Part shown: piece after piece, positions 40,373-51,775 of the stretch
Position numbering within the stretch: the first letter of the stretch is position 1
Layout: each line of letters begins with the position of its first letter
Assembly: GCA_046881825.1 (NCBI GenBank)
Contig: JBKSMS010000010.1
Span: 12,924-76,923 of the forward strand
Length of the DNA: 64,000 bases
Direction: 5' to 3'
From: Alphaproteobacteria bacterium
GTDB lineage: Bacteria; Pseudomonadota; Alphaproteobacteria; Rs-D84
The notes under the pieces: model-generated
What the model was told of the DNA's origin: nothing
The model's database searches: none
The model's input: the letters and a program-made list of their open reading frames with translations, nothing else
Position numbers and translations under genes: made by a program

Positions 40373-42142
40373 ATGTTATCTTTGAAATCTAAATACAGAA
40401 CGCATACTTGCGGCGAATTAAACGAAAAAAATGTTGGTGAAACTGTGACGCTATCTGGGTGGGTTCATCGTAAACGCGATCACGGTTCTTTGTTGTTTGT
40501 TGATTTGCGTGATAATTATGGAATAACTCAGTGTGTATTTGATGGGGGCGATGAAAATCTGGAAAAAATTCGTCCTGAATCTGTTATTCAAATTACTGGC
40601 AAAGTTGTTGCGCGTGATAAAGATGCCGTTAATGATAAAATTCCAACAGGGCATATCGAAATTCAATCTGGTAAATGGGAAGTGTTAACTAATGCCGAAG
40701 TTTTGCCTTTTCAGGTATTTGGTGATGAAGATACAAGTGAAGAATTGCGCTATCAATATCGTTTCTTGGATTTGCGGCGTGAAAAATTGCATCACAATAT
40801 TTTAATGCGGAACAAGATGATTAAATGGTTGCGTGATAAAATGTGGGATTTGGGATTTTCTGAATTTCAAACACCACTGCTTACCGCTGATTCGCCAGAA
40901 GGTGCACGTTGTTTCTTAGTGCCAAGTCGTTTGCATCATGGAAAATTTTATGCGTTACCACAGGCACCACAGATGTTTAAACAACTATTGCAAGTATCTG
41001 GATTTGATAGATATTTTCAAATTGCACCTTGTTTTCGTGATGAAGATTTACGCGCAGACAGATTATTAGAATTTTATCAATTAGATATCGAAATGTCTTT
41101 TGTTGATTTACCTGAAATTCAGGCGGTTGGGGAACAAGTAATCCCAGAAATGGTTCGGACTTTTGCACCTGATGCAAATGTTTATCCAGAAATTCCGCAT
41201 ATATCTTTTGATGATGCTATGTTGAAATATGGGTCTGATAAACCTGATATGCGTAATCCTATTTTAATCAGTGATGTGACAGAAATATTCCGTGGTTCTG
41301 ATTTTGGAATTTTCGCAAATGCGATTGAAAATGGTGCCGTAGTGCGTGCAATACCAGCACCAAATTCTGCTGAGAAACCTCGTTCTTGGTTTGATAAATT
41401 GGGTGAATATGCTGTCAAAGAATTGGGGCTTGGCGGATTGGGATATATTGTGTTCGCTGAAGAAGCAAAAGGGCCTGTGGCTAAAAAATTAGACGCAGAA
41501 AGAATTAAAAAATTACACGAAATCGCAGGGGAAAAATCTTCTCTTTTCTTTATCTGCGATAATGTGGATGTTGCTGCCAAAGCAGCAGGTCGTTTGCGTA
41601 ACAAATTGGGTGCTGATTTAGGTTTGGTAAATGAACGCGATTTTGCGTTTTGTTGGGTTGATAATTTCCCGTTCTTTGAACCAGATGAAAATCGTGGTGG
41701 TGCGCCAATGTTTACGCATAATCCTTTTTCGTATCCTTTGGCGACAATGGAAGAATTATCAACAAAAGACCCGTTCACTATCAAAGCAGCGCAATTTGAT
41801 ATGGTCGTCAATGGTCTTGAAATTTGTAGCGGGGGGCTTCGCAACTATAATCCAGAAGTTATGAAGAAATGTTTTGATATTGCTGGATATTCAATCGAAG
41901 CAGTTGAAAAGAATTTTAATGCTCTTTATACTGCGTTCAAATATGGCGCACCACCACATGGTGGATGTGCTTTTGGAATCGATAGGTTGGTTTCAGAAAT
42001 ATTGGGTGACGGTGACAGTGTGCGCGAAACCGTTGCGTTTCCGGCAAATCAACGTGGTCAAGATTTGTTGATGGGGTCGCCTAATGAAGTAAGTGAACAG
42101 CAATTGCGCGATGTTCATATCAAAATTCGTAATAAAAATTAG
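40373..42142 (+). CDS. aspS: Aspartate--tRNA ligase
   Basis: 589 aa. N-terminal anticodon-binding OB fold and a class II core with the FRDE..R motif, GGxAFGIDR and QAPQMFKQLL. Confidence 0.9.
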   Translation: MLSLKSKYRTHTCGELNEKNVGETVTLSGWVHRKRDHGSLLFVDLRDNYGITQCVFDGGDENLEKIRPESVIQITGKVVARDKDAVNDKIPTGHIEIQSGKWEVLTNAEVLPFQVFGDEDTSEELRYQYRFLDLRREKLHHNILMRNKMIKWLRDKMWDLGFSEFQTPLLTADSPEGARCFLVPSRLHHGKFYALPQAPQMFKQLLQVSGFDRYFQIAPCFRDEDLRADRLLEFYQLDIEMSFVDLPEIQAVGEQVIPEMVRTFAPDANVYPEIPHISFDDAMLKYGSDKPDMRNPILISDVTEIFRGSDFGIFANAIENGAVVRAIPAPNSAEKPRSWFDKLGEYAVKELGLGGLGYIVFAEEAKGPVAKKLDAERIKKLHEIAGEKSSLFFICDNVDVAAKAAGRLRNKLGADLGLVNERDFAFCWVDNFPFFEPDENRGGAPMFTHNPFSYPLATMEELSTKDPFTIKAAQFDMVVNGLEICSGGLRNYNPEVMKKCFDIAGYSIEAVEKNFNALYTAFKYGAPPHGGCAFGIDRLVSEILGDGDSVRETVAFPANQRGQDLLMGSPNEVSEQQLRDVHIKIRNKN

Positions 42143-42151
42143 ACATTAAAA

Positions 42152-42178
42152 TACCCCGCGTTTGCGGGGTGTTTTTTA
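42152..42178. terminator. Bidirectional terminator between convergent aspS and the AsmA-like gene
   Basis: accccgc-gttt-gcggggt followed by GTTTTTT. Confidence 0.65.
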
Positions 42179-44677
42179 AAATTTATTGTGTGATTTTACA
42201 AATGCTTTCATATATTCAAAATCAAAATGCATCATAATTTCAGATAAAGAAAAGTTGCGCGTATCATCAGATGCGATGATAATGTTTATTGATTCTGCAT
42301 CAGGAGATGTGCCACGTAAAACTAAATCTAAGTCGGCATTCATTTCATTGTTTTTGATTTCCAATATGCCAGATGCATCAACATGTTTCATTGTTAAAAC
42401 CAATGGACGTAATGTTTTTATGTCCCCGCTTTCATATGTTCCGACAATATGCATTTTCTTTATTGTTGTTATACCTTCTTTTAATGCTTTTGATAAAAAG
42501 TGTTCACTGTTTAATAAAGTCAGTTGTTGGGCCGAAGCATAAAAATCATCAAACCCAAATCCATATAATTTTCCACCATCAAACGAAGCATCAAATGTGC
42601 CGTTTAAATTATCAATAATATCATGTGCTATCTTTCCAGATGTGTTTAGTTTTATGTCCGCAGTAATAACTGTATCAAAAATGTTCAAAGGCATATTTAA
42701 TGGTAATAAGTGTTCGTTTAGAACAAACTTATTTAGTTGGATGTTTAATGCATATTTTGTGTTATGCTTTTTTATCTTGGCTAAAAGATTACCATGTCTT
42801 GAATCGCTTATTGAAAAAGTTTGTGTGTCGTTGTGCAAAGAATATATAAAATTATCATATTTTTGATTGTTGTAAATCAATGTGTCTGCCGACAAAGCAA
42901 GATTTATATTTAAATCAAATGGTATCATAATCGGCGATTGTGCAAAAAAGGACATTTCTTCAAAATTATCCATAAAATAAGGGTTCAATAAATAATCAAG
43001 ATCTAAAACATCAATTTTTAAAGTTAAAGATTTATTGTTTTCAGAACCAGTAAATTTCTGGCGACCAATTTCAAATATTAAATTTGATATATTCCCATTT
43101 TTATAATTTCCAGACATCGTATAAGGTAAATCACGTAAAGATTGTAAATCTGCATTTTCAAACCATGTCTTGAAATTAGGACCGTGGATAATGAAAAAAT
43201 CTTTGGTTGTAGATAATTGCCATTGTTTAGAATCTGGGATAAATGTCATCGAATCTTTGGTCCAAACAAAATCTCCTGCTTCGTTGCGCATAAAATCTGG
43301 GATAAAAGGTAAATCAATTTTTGCCCAGTTTAATGATTTTTGATTTAATCGAGAATAAGATACGGAAGGTATGTTGTCTTTTAAAATCATTATGCCCTTC
43401 ATATCAGGAACATCAAATTTTATATAACCATTTGTTCCAAGTAGTTTCGCCATTTTTATAACAGTATTAAAATCTTTAAATGGTTCTGCTGAATAAAGTT
43501 CGCCTTCAAAATGGTCTGTATCAATTCTTAATGTTCCAGAAACTATACCGCCATAAGAAAAGTTTTCACATGTCCATTTGTTCGGTGTCCCACTAAAAAG
43601 ACATGTGCTTAATACGCCAAATTCTGGGACTGCCACATGTAAATTGTGTCCACCATCTTTGTCAATTGTTCCGCCGTGTATTTGTAAATCATCCGCAATA
43701 ATAGTGTCTACCTTGATATCATGTTCTGAACCAAGTGTGACAATTTTTACATGCTTAAAAACATAATCACCGAATTTTAAAGTCCCATAAAAATCTATAT
43801 CTAAAGATATGTTTTGAACAATATCAGGATTTGTTGAAAAAAATGATAAATCGTAATCAGCATTATTGGATCTTAATTTTACTATTTTATATCCGTTGTT
43901 TTGTATATCTATGGAACCGGTTATTCCATTGGCTGATATATTATTGATTTTTATTCCGTATTTTCCATCCCATAACAAATCTGCTTTGATAGGGAATTGA
44001 CCTTCTATGCGTGGTTTTTCAAATTCAAACCAACGGTTCACATTTTGAGCAGTAATTTCAAGATGTGCCATAGCTGTTCCGTCTTTGAATAGTTCGCCGG
44101 ACATATGTAAATCGTTGTTTTTGTTTTTTATTACAAACATATTATTATAGGATTGAATTTCGTATTTATGTTGATCTGTACGAATAATCGCGTTAACTTT
44201 GCGGTTGGTCAGTGTAGCATCAATAATAGTGTATTCTTTGTTAAGAAAACGAACATTTGAATTATGAACCCTTATAGTATTCTTTATTGAAAACGGGGTT
44301 AATCTTTCAATTAATACAGATGCGCCAGAAACAGAAATATCACTGGATACTTGTGCATTTTTTAAATCAAATATATCTAGAAATGGTATTGTAAATATGC
44401 AAGAAGATATTGTGCCATTTGGTACAGTTATATCATTTGCTATAATCGTTGTCGTGCCAAGTAAACTAAAATGAATATCACCGTTAATTTTTGCAGGAAT
44501 GCCTGTTTGAGACAGAATTATATTTTCTATTTTTGGTTTAAGAAAATTAAGATTAATTGTTGGTGGTATTACTATGATAGCCAAAGTAAACGCTGATAAT
44601 ATAATCGCTATAAATGATACAATTTTATGTTTAAAAAAATTTTTAGAAGCCATGATTCTCTTTCCTTGTATTTTCAT
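42176..44677 (-). CDS. AsmA-family outer-membrane assembly protein, putative
   Basis: 833 aa. N-terminal signal-anchor and a long beta-rich body of the typical size. Confidence 0.5.
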   Translation of the reverse strand: MKIQGKRIMASKNFFKHKIVSFIAIILSAFTLAIIVIPPTINLNFLKPKIENIILSQTGIPAKINGDIHFSLLGTTTIIANDITVPNGTISSCIFTIPFLDIFDLKNAQVSSDISVSGASVLIERLTPFSIKNTIRVHNSNVRFLNKEYTIIDATLTNRKVNAIIRTDQHKYEIQSYNNMFVIKNKNNDLHMSGELFKDGTAMAHLEITAQNVNRWFEFEKPRIEGQFPIKADLLWDGKYGIKINNISANGITGSIDIQNNGYKIVKLRSNNADYDLSFFSTNPDIVQNISLDIDFYGTLKFGDYVFKHVKIVTLGSEHDIKVDTIIADDLQIHGGTIDKDGGHNLHVAVPEFGVLSTCLFSGTPNKWTCENFSYGGIVSGTLRIDTDHFEGELYSAEPFKDFNTVIKMAKLLGTNGYIKFDVPDMKGIMILKDNIPSVSYSRLNQKSLNWAKIDLPFIPDFMRNEAGDFVWTKDSMTFIPDSKQWQLSTTKDFFIIHGPNFKTWFENADLQSLRDLPYTMSGNYKNGNISNLIFEIGRQKFTGSENNKSLTLKIDVLDLDYLLNPYFMDNFEEMSFFAQSPIMIPFDLNINLALSADTLIYNNQKYDNFIYSLHNDTQTFSISDSRHGNLLAKIKKHNTKYALNIQLNKFVLNEHLLPLNMPLNIFDTVITADIKLNTSGKIAHDIIDNLNGTFDASFDGGKLYGFGFDDFYASAQQLTLLNSEHFLSKALKEGITTIKKMHIVGTYESGDIKTLRPLVLTMKHVDASGILEIKNNEMNADLDLVLRGTSPDAESINIIIASDDTRNFSLSEIMMHFDFEYMKAFVKSHNKF

Positions 44678-44717
44678 TATAATGGATTATATTAGTGTAT
44701 GTGAACAAAAAAATAAA

Positions 44718-46712
44718 ATGAAAGATGCAAAAAGTGTATTTTCGCTGGAATCTGATTACAAGCCGATGGGTGACCAACCTTTGGCAATATCTGAATTGGT
44801 TAAAGGTGTAAACCAAGGTAAAAAATCCCAGGTTTTGCTGGGGGTGACTGGATCTGGTAAAACTTTTACTATGGCGAATGTAATTCAAAAATTATCGCGT
44901 CCAACTATGATTATGGCACCAAATAAAATTTTGGCTGCACAATTATATACGGAAATGAAATCTTTTTTTCCTCATAATCATGTGGAATATTTTGTGTCCT
45001 TTTATGATTATTATCAACCCGAAGCTTATGTTCCAACAACTGATACTTATATTGACAAAGATGCATCTATCAATGAACAGTTGGACCGAATGAGACATTC
45101 TGCAACGCGCGCTATGTTAGAAGAACGCGATGTTATTGTTGTGTCGTCTGTGTCTTCTATTTATGGTATTGGGTCGCCTGAACAATATTCTGAAATGAAA
45201 TTGACATTAAATGTTGGCGATAGAATATCCGAAAAACAAGTTATGCGTGCGTTGGTCGATATTCAATACAAAAGAAATGATGTTGGTTTTGCACGTGGAA
45301 ATTTTCGCGCGCGTGGTGATACATTAGACATATTCCCATCCCATTCACAAGACAGGGCATGGAAAATATCTTTCTTTGGTGATGAAATAGATGAAATTTG
45401 GGAATTTGATACTTTGACTGGGGGAAAATTACAAAAACTGGACAGAATTACTGTGTATCCAAATACGCATTATGCAACACCTATGCCGTCAGTGATGCAG
45501 GCAATTGGGAATATTCGCAAAGATTTAGACGAAAGATTAAAATATTTTCATGAAAATATGAAATATGTGGAAGAACAAAGATTGCGCGAACGCGTTGGTT
45601 TTGATATAGAAATGATGGAATCAACAGGAACTTGTCGTGGTATTGAAAATTATTCTAGATATTTAACTGGCAGATTACCAGGGCAACCACCACCAACTTT
45701 GTTTGAATATTTACCAAAAGATGCTGTTTTGTTTTTAGATGAAAGTCATGTGACTGTTCCACAGATTGGCGCTATGGCACGCGGGGACAGGGCACGCAAA
45801 GAAACTTTGGCACAATATGGTTTTAGGCTTCCTTCGTGTGTAGATAATCGTCCGCTGACTTTTGAAGAATGGGATATGTTGCGTCCGCAAACTATATTTG
45901 TATCTGCAACACCTGCACAATGGGAATTGGAACAGTCGGGTGGTATTGTTGCAGAACAGGTGATACGACCAACGGGGCTGTTGGACCCGGTTTGTGAAGT
46001 GCGTCCTACAACACATCAAGTGGATGATTTATTAGGAGAGGTTAAAAATACCAAAGGTCGTGTTATCGTAACAACACTAACAAAAAAGATGGCAGAACAA
46101 TTGACCGACTATTTTGTTGAAAATGGTGTTCGTGCGCGATATTTACATTCTGATATAGAAACTCTGGAACGCATAGATTTATTACGCGATTTAAGATTGG
46201 GAAAATATGATGTGTTGGTCGGTATAAATTTATTGCGCGAAGGATTGGATGTTCCAGAATGTGAATTAGTCGCAATTATGGATGCAGACAAAGAAGGATT
46301 TTTGCGTTCAACTCGTTCGCTTATTCAAACCATTGGTCGTGCGGCACGAAATGCAAATGGGCGTGTGATTTTATATGCTGATACAATAACTGAATCTATG
46401 CGGGCGGCATTGGATGAAACAACGCGAAGACGTGAAAAACAAGAAAAGTATAACAAAGAACATGGTATCATTCCAAAAACTATTTCTAAATCTGTGTTCG
46501 AAGAAGTCAAAGAAAAAGAAGAAAAAACTGACAAAGCGCGAAAATTTGTTTATAATAAAAATGGTGTTTGGGATGCGACATCTTTGCGTAAAGAGATTGC
46601 TGAATTGAACAAAAAAATGCGCAAGGCGGCAGAAAATCTTGAATTTGAAGAAGCAGCTGCTTTGCGTGATGCAATTCATAAAATGGAAGATGATTTATTA
46701 TTAGTGGAATAA
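44718..46712 (+). CDS. uvrB: Excinuclease ABC subunit B. Start taken at the internal ATG; the track ORF starts at 44574 and overlaps the upstream gene.
   Basis: GVTGSGKTF Walker A, a beta-hairpin region, helicase motifs and the C-terminal UvrB/UvrC interaction helix ...[17 protein letters not shown]. Confidence 0.95.
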   Translation: MKDAKSVFSLESDYKPMGDQPLAISELVKGVNQGKKSQVLLGVTGSGKTFTMANVIQKLSRPTMIMAPNKILAAQLYTEMKSFFPHNHVEYFVSFYDYYQPEAYVPTTDTYIDKDASINEQLDRMRHSATRAMLEERDVIVVSSVSSIYGIGSPEQYSEMKLTLNVGDRISEKQVMRALVDIQYKRNDVGFARGNFRARGDTLDIFPSHSQDRAWKISFFGDEIDEIWEFDTLTGGKLQKLDRITVYPNTHYATPMPSVMQAIGNIRKDLDERLKYFHENMKYVEEQRLRERVGFDIEMMESTGTCRGIENYSRYLTGRLPGQPPPTLFEYLPKDAVLFLDESHVTVPQIGAMARGDRARKETLAQYGFRLPSCVDNRPLTFEEWDMLRPQTIFVSATPAQWELEQSGGIVAEQVIRPTGLLDPVCEVRPTTHQVDDLLGEVKNTKGRVIVTTLTKKMAEQLTDYFVENGVRARYLHSDIETLERIDLLRDLRLGKYDVLVGINLLREGLDVPECELVAIMDADKEGFLRSTRSLIQTIGRAARNANGRVILYADTITESMRAALDETTRRREKQEKYNKEHGIIPKTISKSVFEEVKEKEEKTDKARKFVYNKNGVWDATSLRKEIAELNKKMRKAAENLEFEEAAALRDAIHKMEDDLLLVE

Positions 46713-46714
46713 AA

Positions 46715-47113
46715 ATGAAAGAATACATTTTAAATAATTTAGAAGAAACTCATAATTGGGCAAAAGATTTTGCAAAAACTTTGCGTGCACCACAAACTGT
46801 TGCTTTGCATGGTGATTTGGGTATGGGAAAATCTGAAATAGCGCGCACGATTATTAAAACTTTGCGCGGGTCGGATACTGTTGTCCCAAGTCCAACTTTT
46901 ACTCTTGTTCAAAATTATGATGGGATTTCTCATTTTGATTTATACAGAATAGGCGATGTTTCAGAACTGGAAGAAATTGGATTAAAATATGCAATCGATA
47001 ATGATATCACTTTGATTGAATGGCCAGATGTTGCAAAAGATGTATTGCCAAAAAATACTATACATATTTATATCACCCAAAATGGCGATGGACGAAAATT
47101 AGTGATTCAATAA
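46715..47113 (+). CDS. tsaE: tRNA threonylcarbamoyladenosine biosynthesis protein TsaE
   Basis: LHGDLGMGKSEIAR P-loop. 132 aa. Confidence 0.8.
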   Translation: MKEYILNNLEETHNWAKDFAKTLRAPQTVALHGDLGMGKSEIARTIIKTLRGSDTVVPSPTFTLVQNYDGISHFDLYRIGDVSELEEIGLKYAIDNDITLIEWPDVAKDVLPKNTIHIYITQNGDGRKLVIQ

Positions 47114-48883
47114 ACTTTGTACTGCCAATGGAAAATCTGGTGATTTTGCAAGGTAAGAACCACTTACCAACAAATCTGCCCCAGCATCCCAGCATAATTT
47201 AGCCGTATCGGGATTTATTCCGCCATCAACACTTATCAAATATTTAAGTCCGTGTTTCTTGCGTGTATAATTTAGCATTTTTATATTTTTAATTGCGCGT
47301 TCGTCAAATGTTTGTCCCGCCGCCCCAGGTTGAACACCCATTACCATTATTTCATCAATCTGTGTCAATATTGGTTTTAATATTTCAATATTAGAATCTG
47401 GATTTAACGCAATTCCACACCTTTTTCCGGCTGATTTTATAATATTGATTGCATCCCTGACACCAGATGTATTAGTGGAAATTATAATTGTATCTGCCCC
47501 AGCATTTATCGCATCGCGCGCCCAAATGGACGGGCTTTCTGTCATTAAATGAACATGTAAATATGATTTAGTTTTTGTTCTGATGTTTGATAGTTCTTCT
47601 ATACTTCCTGCGATTTTATCAACATAAAATCCGTCCATTATATCGACATGTATCGCAGAAATCCCCGCAGATGCAAACATTGTATATGTTGTCATATCAT
47701 TCATGTTAAAACAAAGCGTGCTGGGCATTATAGGAATAAATTTTGCCTTTTTAGTGCGTTTTTTCCTTTTGAAAAGTCGTGTAATTTTTTCAATAACATT
47801 TTGAATTTTTTGCTGTTTTTGTATATATGCGTTGCGTTCTGGTAAATGTGATGCCCATATATATTCTGACAAAGCATTCACAGTTGCGCTGTCGCCCAGA
47901 TTTTCCACAGGTAAATTAAACGCGCGTTCAATAAATGTATTTATGTTGTTTATAGATGTCCCACCACCAGTTAAAATAATCTTTTCCGGTTTGTACTGGT
48001 TTATATATTTTTCAGATTGTGCATGTACCGTTTCCATTAATTCTGTAAGTTTCGGAATAAATATATCATTTATATCTGATACAGAAAAAGAAGCAAACTT
48101 TTCAGATGAATCTGCCGGGGTAAATCTGTCCATTTCATTAGGTAATGCGCTGCTGACTGATATTTTTAATGTGTCAGCATCGTTCATACTGATTTGCAGA
48201 CCGTCTGATATAGCGCGTGTTATATCGCGTTGACCGAATTTGATTTTATTTACATACAATGGTCCACGCATTGTCCATATAGATACTGTTGTAAATTCGT
48301 TACCCAAATCTAGGAATAAAACTTTTTCTTTGGGTTTTTTATATATAGCATTTTGTAAAAATGTAGAATCAAAGAACCCACCAGATTTTATATATGCACG
48401 ACGCAAAATATCTGATATGTATCGTGTCTGTTCTTCATCATAAGAAATTACACTGAATATAGATTTCAATTGCGTGTCTATTTGTCCAATAGGCGAATTA
48501 TTTATGTTCTGTAAATGTTCGGTCCCATAAAACACGGGGATAATATGCATCGCATAAAATCCGTCCGGTTTAGTTATTTTTCCAATTTGGTGTTTTAAAT
48601 CAAGGTCTGTTATTTTGTGTTCTTCACGCCATGTAATTATGTCAGTAAATGTTTGAAAATCCATTTCCCCAAAATTACCAGTTATAAAAGCAGAATTAAA
48701 ATGAGTGTTTAATTCTTGTCCTAATTCATCAACAACACTTTTAACTGCAAATAATGTATTAGGGCTTTTTACAAAGTGCATCGCAGAGCGAATAATTTTT
48801 GCATCCCTTACACAGTGAGCAAAACCACGAACACCGTAAGTCCCAATGTCCAGACACAAAAAAGATGAATTAGATAATTTCAT
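47099..48883 (-). CDS. ftsA: In-frame fusion ORF. The N-terminal about 370 aa is cell-division protein FtsA; the C-terminal about 220 aa is ribulose-phosphate 3-epimerase.
   Basis: FtsA actin-fold motifs LDLGNEFTTVSI and IILTGGGTSI are present. There is no stop, then MPSTL... HVDIMDGFYV ... VDGGINP, which are Rpe motifs. Confidence 0.75.
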   Translation of the reverse strand: MKLSNSSFLCLDIGTYGVRGFAHCVRDAKIIRSAMHFVKSPNTLFAVKSVVDELGQELNTHFNSAFITGNFGEMDFQTFTDIITWREEHKITDLDLKHQIGKITKPDGFYAMHIIPVFYGTEHLQNINNSPIGQIDTQLKSIFSVISYDEEQTRYISDILRRAYIKSGGFFDSTFLQNAIYKKPKEKVLFLDLGNEFTTVSIWTMRGPLYVNKIKFGQRDITRAISDGLQISMNDADTLKISVSSALPNEMDRFTPADSSEKFASFSVSDINDIFIPKLTELMETVHAQSEKYINQYKPEKIILTGGGTSINNINTFIERAFNLPVENLGDSATVNALSEYIWASHLPERNAYIQKQQKIQNVIEKITRLFKRKKRTKKAKFIPIMPSTLCFNMNDMTTYTMFASAGISAIHVDIMDGFYVDKIAGSIEELSNIRTKTKSYLHVHLMTESPSIWARDAINAGADTIIISTNTSGVRDAINIIKSAGKRCGIALNPDSNIEILKPILTQIDEIMVMGVQPGAAGQTFDERAIKNIKMLNYTRKKHGLKYLISVDGGINPDTAKLCWDAGADLLVSGSYLAKSPDFPLAVQSLLNH

Positions 48884-49566
48884 TTTTGTTCTTTGACTAA
48901 AATTCTAGCTTTGTCGCGCATATCAATAATATCCAATTTTTTTGATAATAATTTATGCGTTTGATTTAATACTTTGATTTTATTTATCGCCGATGCTGGG
49001 TCTTGTTCTGGCAGATATATAGTAGTACCAATCTTGGTATGTATATTCCAGCGTCTGGATTCTACCATATTAACATAGTCAATATATTTTGATATAGAAG
49101 ATACATTAGATATTATATCGTTAAGGTTGTTTGGCAAATCGCCCTGAAACACAATTGAATTATCGTTGCGTTCTGTTGATGGCGTGTTTATTTTTGTCCC
49201 GTCTGCGGAAAGAGGATAATAATATGCACCATCTGTCCAAGTCGCAATAACCTTGTGCTTTTCTATCTTTACGATGATTTTTCCGTTTGGTAATCTGCGA
49301 ACCGCAGAATTTTTTACGCCTGGAATATTAGAAACCCGATAATTTAATTGATGTAAATCTGCAGCGCGCAAACTGGTCCCCGGGGCGACCCCCAGCGAAA
49401 GTTTGATAATTTCATCGTCTTTGGCATTTGTGCCGTATGTTTCGATGCTTTTGATTGTTGATATTGGACCGCGACCCATTTGACTGGTTATAATGCGGAC
49501 AGCAAAATAGATTGCCAATATAATTGACAAGACAAAATACAACCAAAACCAGATGGATTTTTTCAT
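48880..49566 (-). CDS. ftsQ: Cell division protein FtsQ
   Basis: N-terminal TM and POTRA-like domain. It is immediately upstream of and overlaps ftsA. Confidence 0.75.
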   Translation of the reverse strand: MKKSIWFWLYFVLSIILAIYFAVRIITSQMGRGPISTIKSIETYGTNAKDDEIIKLSLGVAPGTSLRAADLHQLNYRVSNIPGVKNSAVRRLPNGKIIVKIEKHKVIATWTDGAYYYPLSADGTKINTPSTERNDNSIVFQGDLPNNLNDIISNVSSISKYIDYVNMVESRRWNIHTKIGTTIYLPEQDPASAINKIKVLNQTHKLLSKKLDIIDMRDKARILVKEQK

Positions 49567-49615
49567 GCCATTTATTATATCACATTTTTAATAAATATCC
49601 AACAATACAATTTTT

Positions 49616-49996
49616 TTATTGTCCGCGCAGTAAATAACCGCGTCTTAACATACACTTACGATAATATCCAACGGTCTTTGAGGCCCTGTTGCGGGGAACA
49701 GAAAGCAGTGCGCGTTGCCCGACATCGCGATATTCATTAGATTGAAATGTCACCCAAAGTCCATCCCAATCTGGCATTTGGGCGCTTTGATTTGGGGACA
49801 ATAGTTTCGCTATTCTTGAACGGGGGACATAACTTGTTTCTTTTATCCCCAGGCAATTCTTATGATCGCGAACAAACTGTTCGACCGTCACAGCATCATT
49901 TTCCCAATTCAATATAGTAGCATCATCAATCGACCCACGATTGGCAGATGCGCAAGCCGTCAAAGCTAAAAATAAAAATAAATATTTCATTTTCAT
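49616..49996 (-). CDS. Hypothetical lipoprotein
   Basis: Signal peptide with LTAC lipobox. Confidence 0.45.
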   Translation of the reverse strand: MKMKYLFLFLALTACASANRGSIDDATILNWENDAVTVEQFVRDHKNCLGIKETSYVPRSRIAKLLSPNQSAQMPDWDGLWVTFQSNEYRDVGQRALLSVPRNRASKTVGYYRKCMLRRGYLLRGQ

Positions 49997-50070
49997 ATTT
50001 TATATTATAATTTAATTGCGTTTGTGTGGCAATAGTTTTTATAATGTAAAAAAAGGGATGGGAAGAAATA

Positions 50071-50394
50071 ATGGCTATATCAATTCAAAATTATGTAAAG
50101 TTAGCTAATTTTTACAACGAAATGGCAAAGGTTTTATCCGCTATTTGTGTTGAAAAAGGTGGCATTGCGTTGGAAAACTATGTCGGGCGATTTTTTGCTG
50201 CGGATGTTTTAGAATATATAGTAGAATATGGAAACAGGTTGAAAAAAGCAGGGGCAAAAATCGAACCCGATGTTGCTAGGGTGATGGATTTGTTTGAAAA
50301 ACAATTTGAAAAGGTTAAAAATTTGGTGACTCCAAATCAAAAACCTATACATGAAATGACACTGGAAGAATTTGAAAAAATTATGAATATATAG
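50071..50394 (+). CDS. Hypothetical protein
   Basis: 107-aa ORF. Confidence 0.35.
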   Translation: MAISIQNYVKLANFYNEMAKVLSAICVEKGGIALENYVGRFFAADVLEYIVEYGNRLKKAGAKIEPDVARVMDLFEKQFEKVKNLVTPNQKPIHEMTLEEFEKIMNI

Positions 50395-50430
50395 TAGTAT
50401 CAAAAAAACAAAAAATAAAAAGGACGGAAA

Positions 50431-51765
50431 ATGGCATTCAATAAAATAAAAAAATTAGCATTTATATGTGTGTGCATTGGTGTGATGTTGTCCGGTTGTG
50501 TAAAGCATGAATATACCGAAGATGAATTATATGACACGATAAATGTTGTTGAAAATGTTGTAATTGATGAAAATTCTGTGCCAATTTTCCCTAAAAAAGC
50601 GGCTTTGACAACAGATACAGCACAACATTTTGCGCTGGATTTGCCAAAAAGATGTTTGGTGAATTGGGATAATCAAAGTGTTGTTTCTGTTATTCCCGAA
50701 GAAAAAATAGAAATTATTCGTCTTAATACAGGGACTGCTTTGCCCGATTTAAAGGTGTCTGATTACAGTTTCAAAAAGATGCCTGTCAAAGAAGTTTTGG
50801 AAAAGTTGTTGGTTGATACAGATATAAGTATTGTTGAAGACCAGGTTGCTTTGGAAAAAATATCAGGTTCTATTTCAACCAGTTCTTTATCTGATGCTGT
50901 GGAATTGATAACAAAAATAGGACATGTGTATTACACTTATGACGGTGAATTTGGGGAAATTCATTTAAAAGCTAATGGAAAATGGCTTATAAAGATGCCT
51001 AAAAACGAAACTATGATTATGGCCATGTTGGATGCGATGCGTGGTGCCGGAATTCATAATTTGTTGATAAATTGGCAAGACAAAACTGTCGTTTTCGAAG
51101 GCGATTACCAGACAGAACGCGAAGTTTCAAAGATAATTGCTGATGTTGCTTCAAAGAAATATGTTCTGGCATGGGATGTCGATGTGTATCGCGTGTATCC
51201 AAAAACAGACAATCCAATTATTTGGATGAATATGTTACCGGCTTTCGGGGAAAATAATATTCGTATGTCTATTCCTGGGGTTGTGGGGCGTGCGTTGGTG
51301 GTAAGCCCTGAAATAAACACAAAAACTTTGCAAGAATTTATATCAAGTCAAGCGAGTATGGTTTTGATTTCCCAAGGAACTTTTGCTGTGCCTAACGGGT
51401 GGCAAACTAGATTTGATATTGGTCAATGTGGCAAAGAAGACAGGTTAGAAACAGATTTAATTATTGGTGCAACTGGGACTTATGGTGATTTTGGGGATTC
51501 TAAGAAAATAGATGCGAAAATAGTTTTGTCAACCAGTAATGGTGAATTGTCTTCGTTCACGATACCGTCCAGTGTTGGTGATAACTATGTAATTATTGGT
51601 ATTCCAACACACTCGTTTGTGACTACACCAGAAACTTTGATATCGCCATTTGCAGAATTGGTTGTGTTTATGTCGCCGCGTCTTATTTCAATCGTGGATG
51701 CGACACAAGCACCAAAAACAAAAACATTGTCTGGTGATGAATTACGTGAATTTTTGAATCAATAG
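50431..51765 (+). CDS. Hypothetical lipoprotein
   Basis: LSGC lipobox. 444 aa. Confidence 0.5.
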   Translation: MAFNKIKKLAFICVCIGVMLSGCVKHEYTEDELYDTINVVENVVIDENSVPIFPKKAALTTDTAQHFALDLPKRCLVNWDNQSVVSVIPEEKIEIIRLNTGTALPDLKVSDYSFKKMPVKEVLEKLLVDTDISIVEDQVALEKISGSISTSSLSDAVELITKIGHVYYTYDGEFGEIHLKANGKWLIKMPKNETMIMAMLDAMRGAGIHNLLINWQDKTVVFEGDYQTEREVSKIIADVASKKYVLAWDVDVYRVYPKTDNPIIWMNMLPAFGENNIRMSIPGVVGRALVVSPEINTKTLQEFISSQASMVLISQGTFAVPNGWQTRFDIGQCGKEDRLETDLIIGATGTYGDFGDSKKIDAKIVLSTSNGELSSFTIPSSVGDNYVIIGIPTHSFVTTPETLISPFAELVVFMSPRLISIVDATQAPKTKTLSGDELREFLNQ

Positions 51766-51775
51766 CGGGGTAAAA

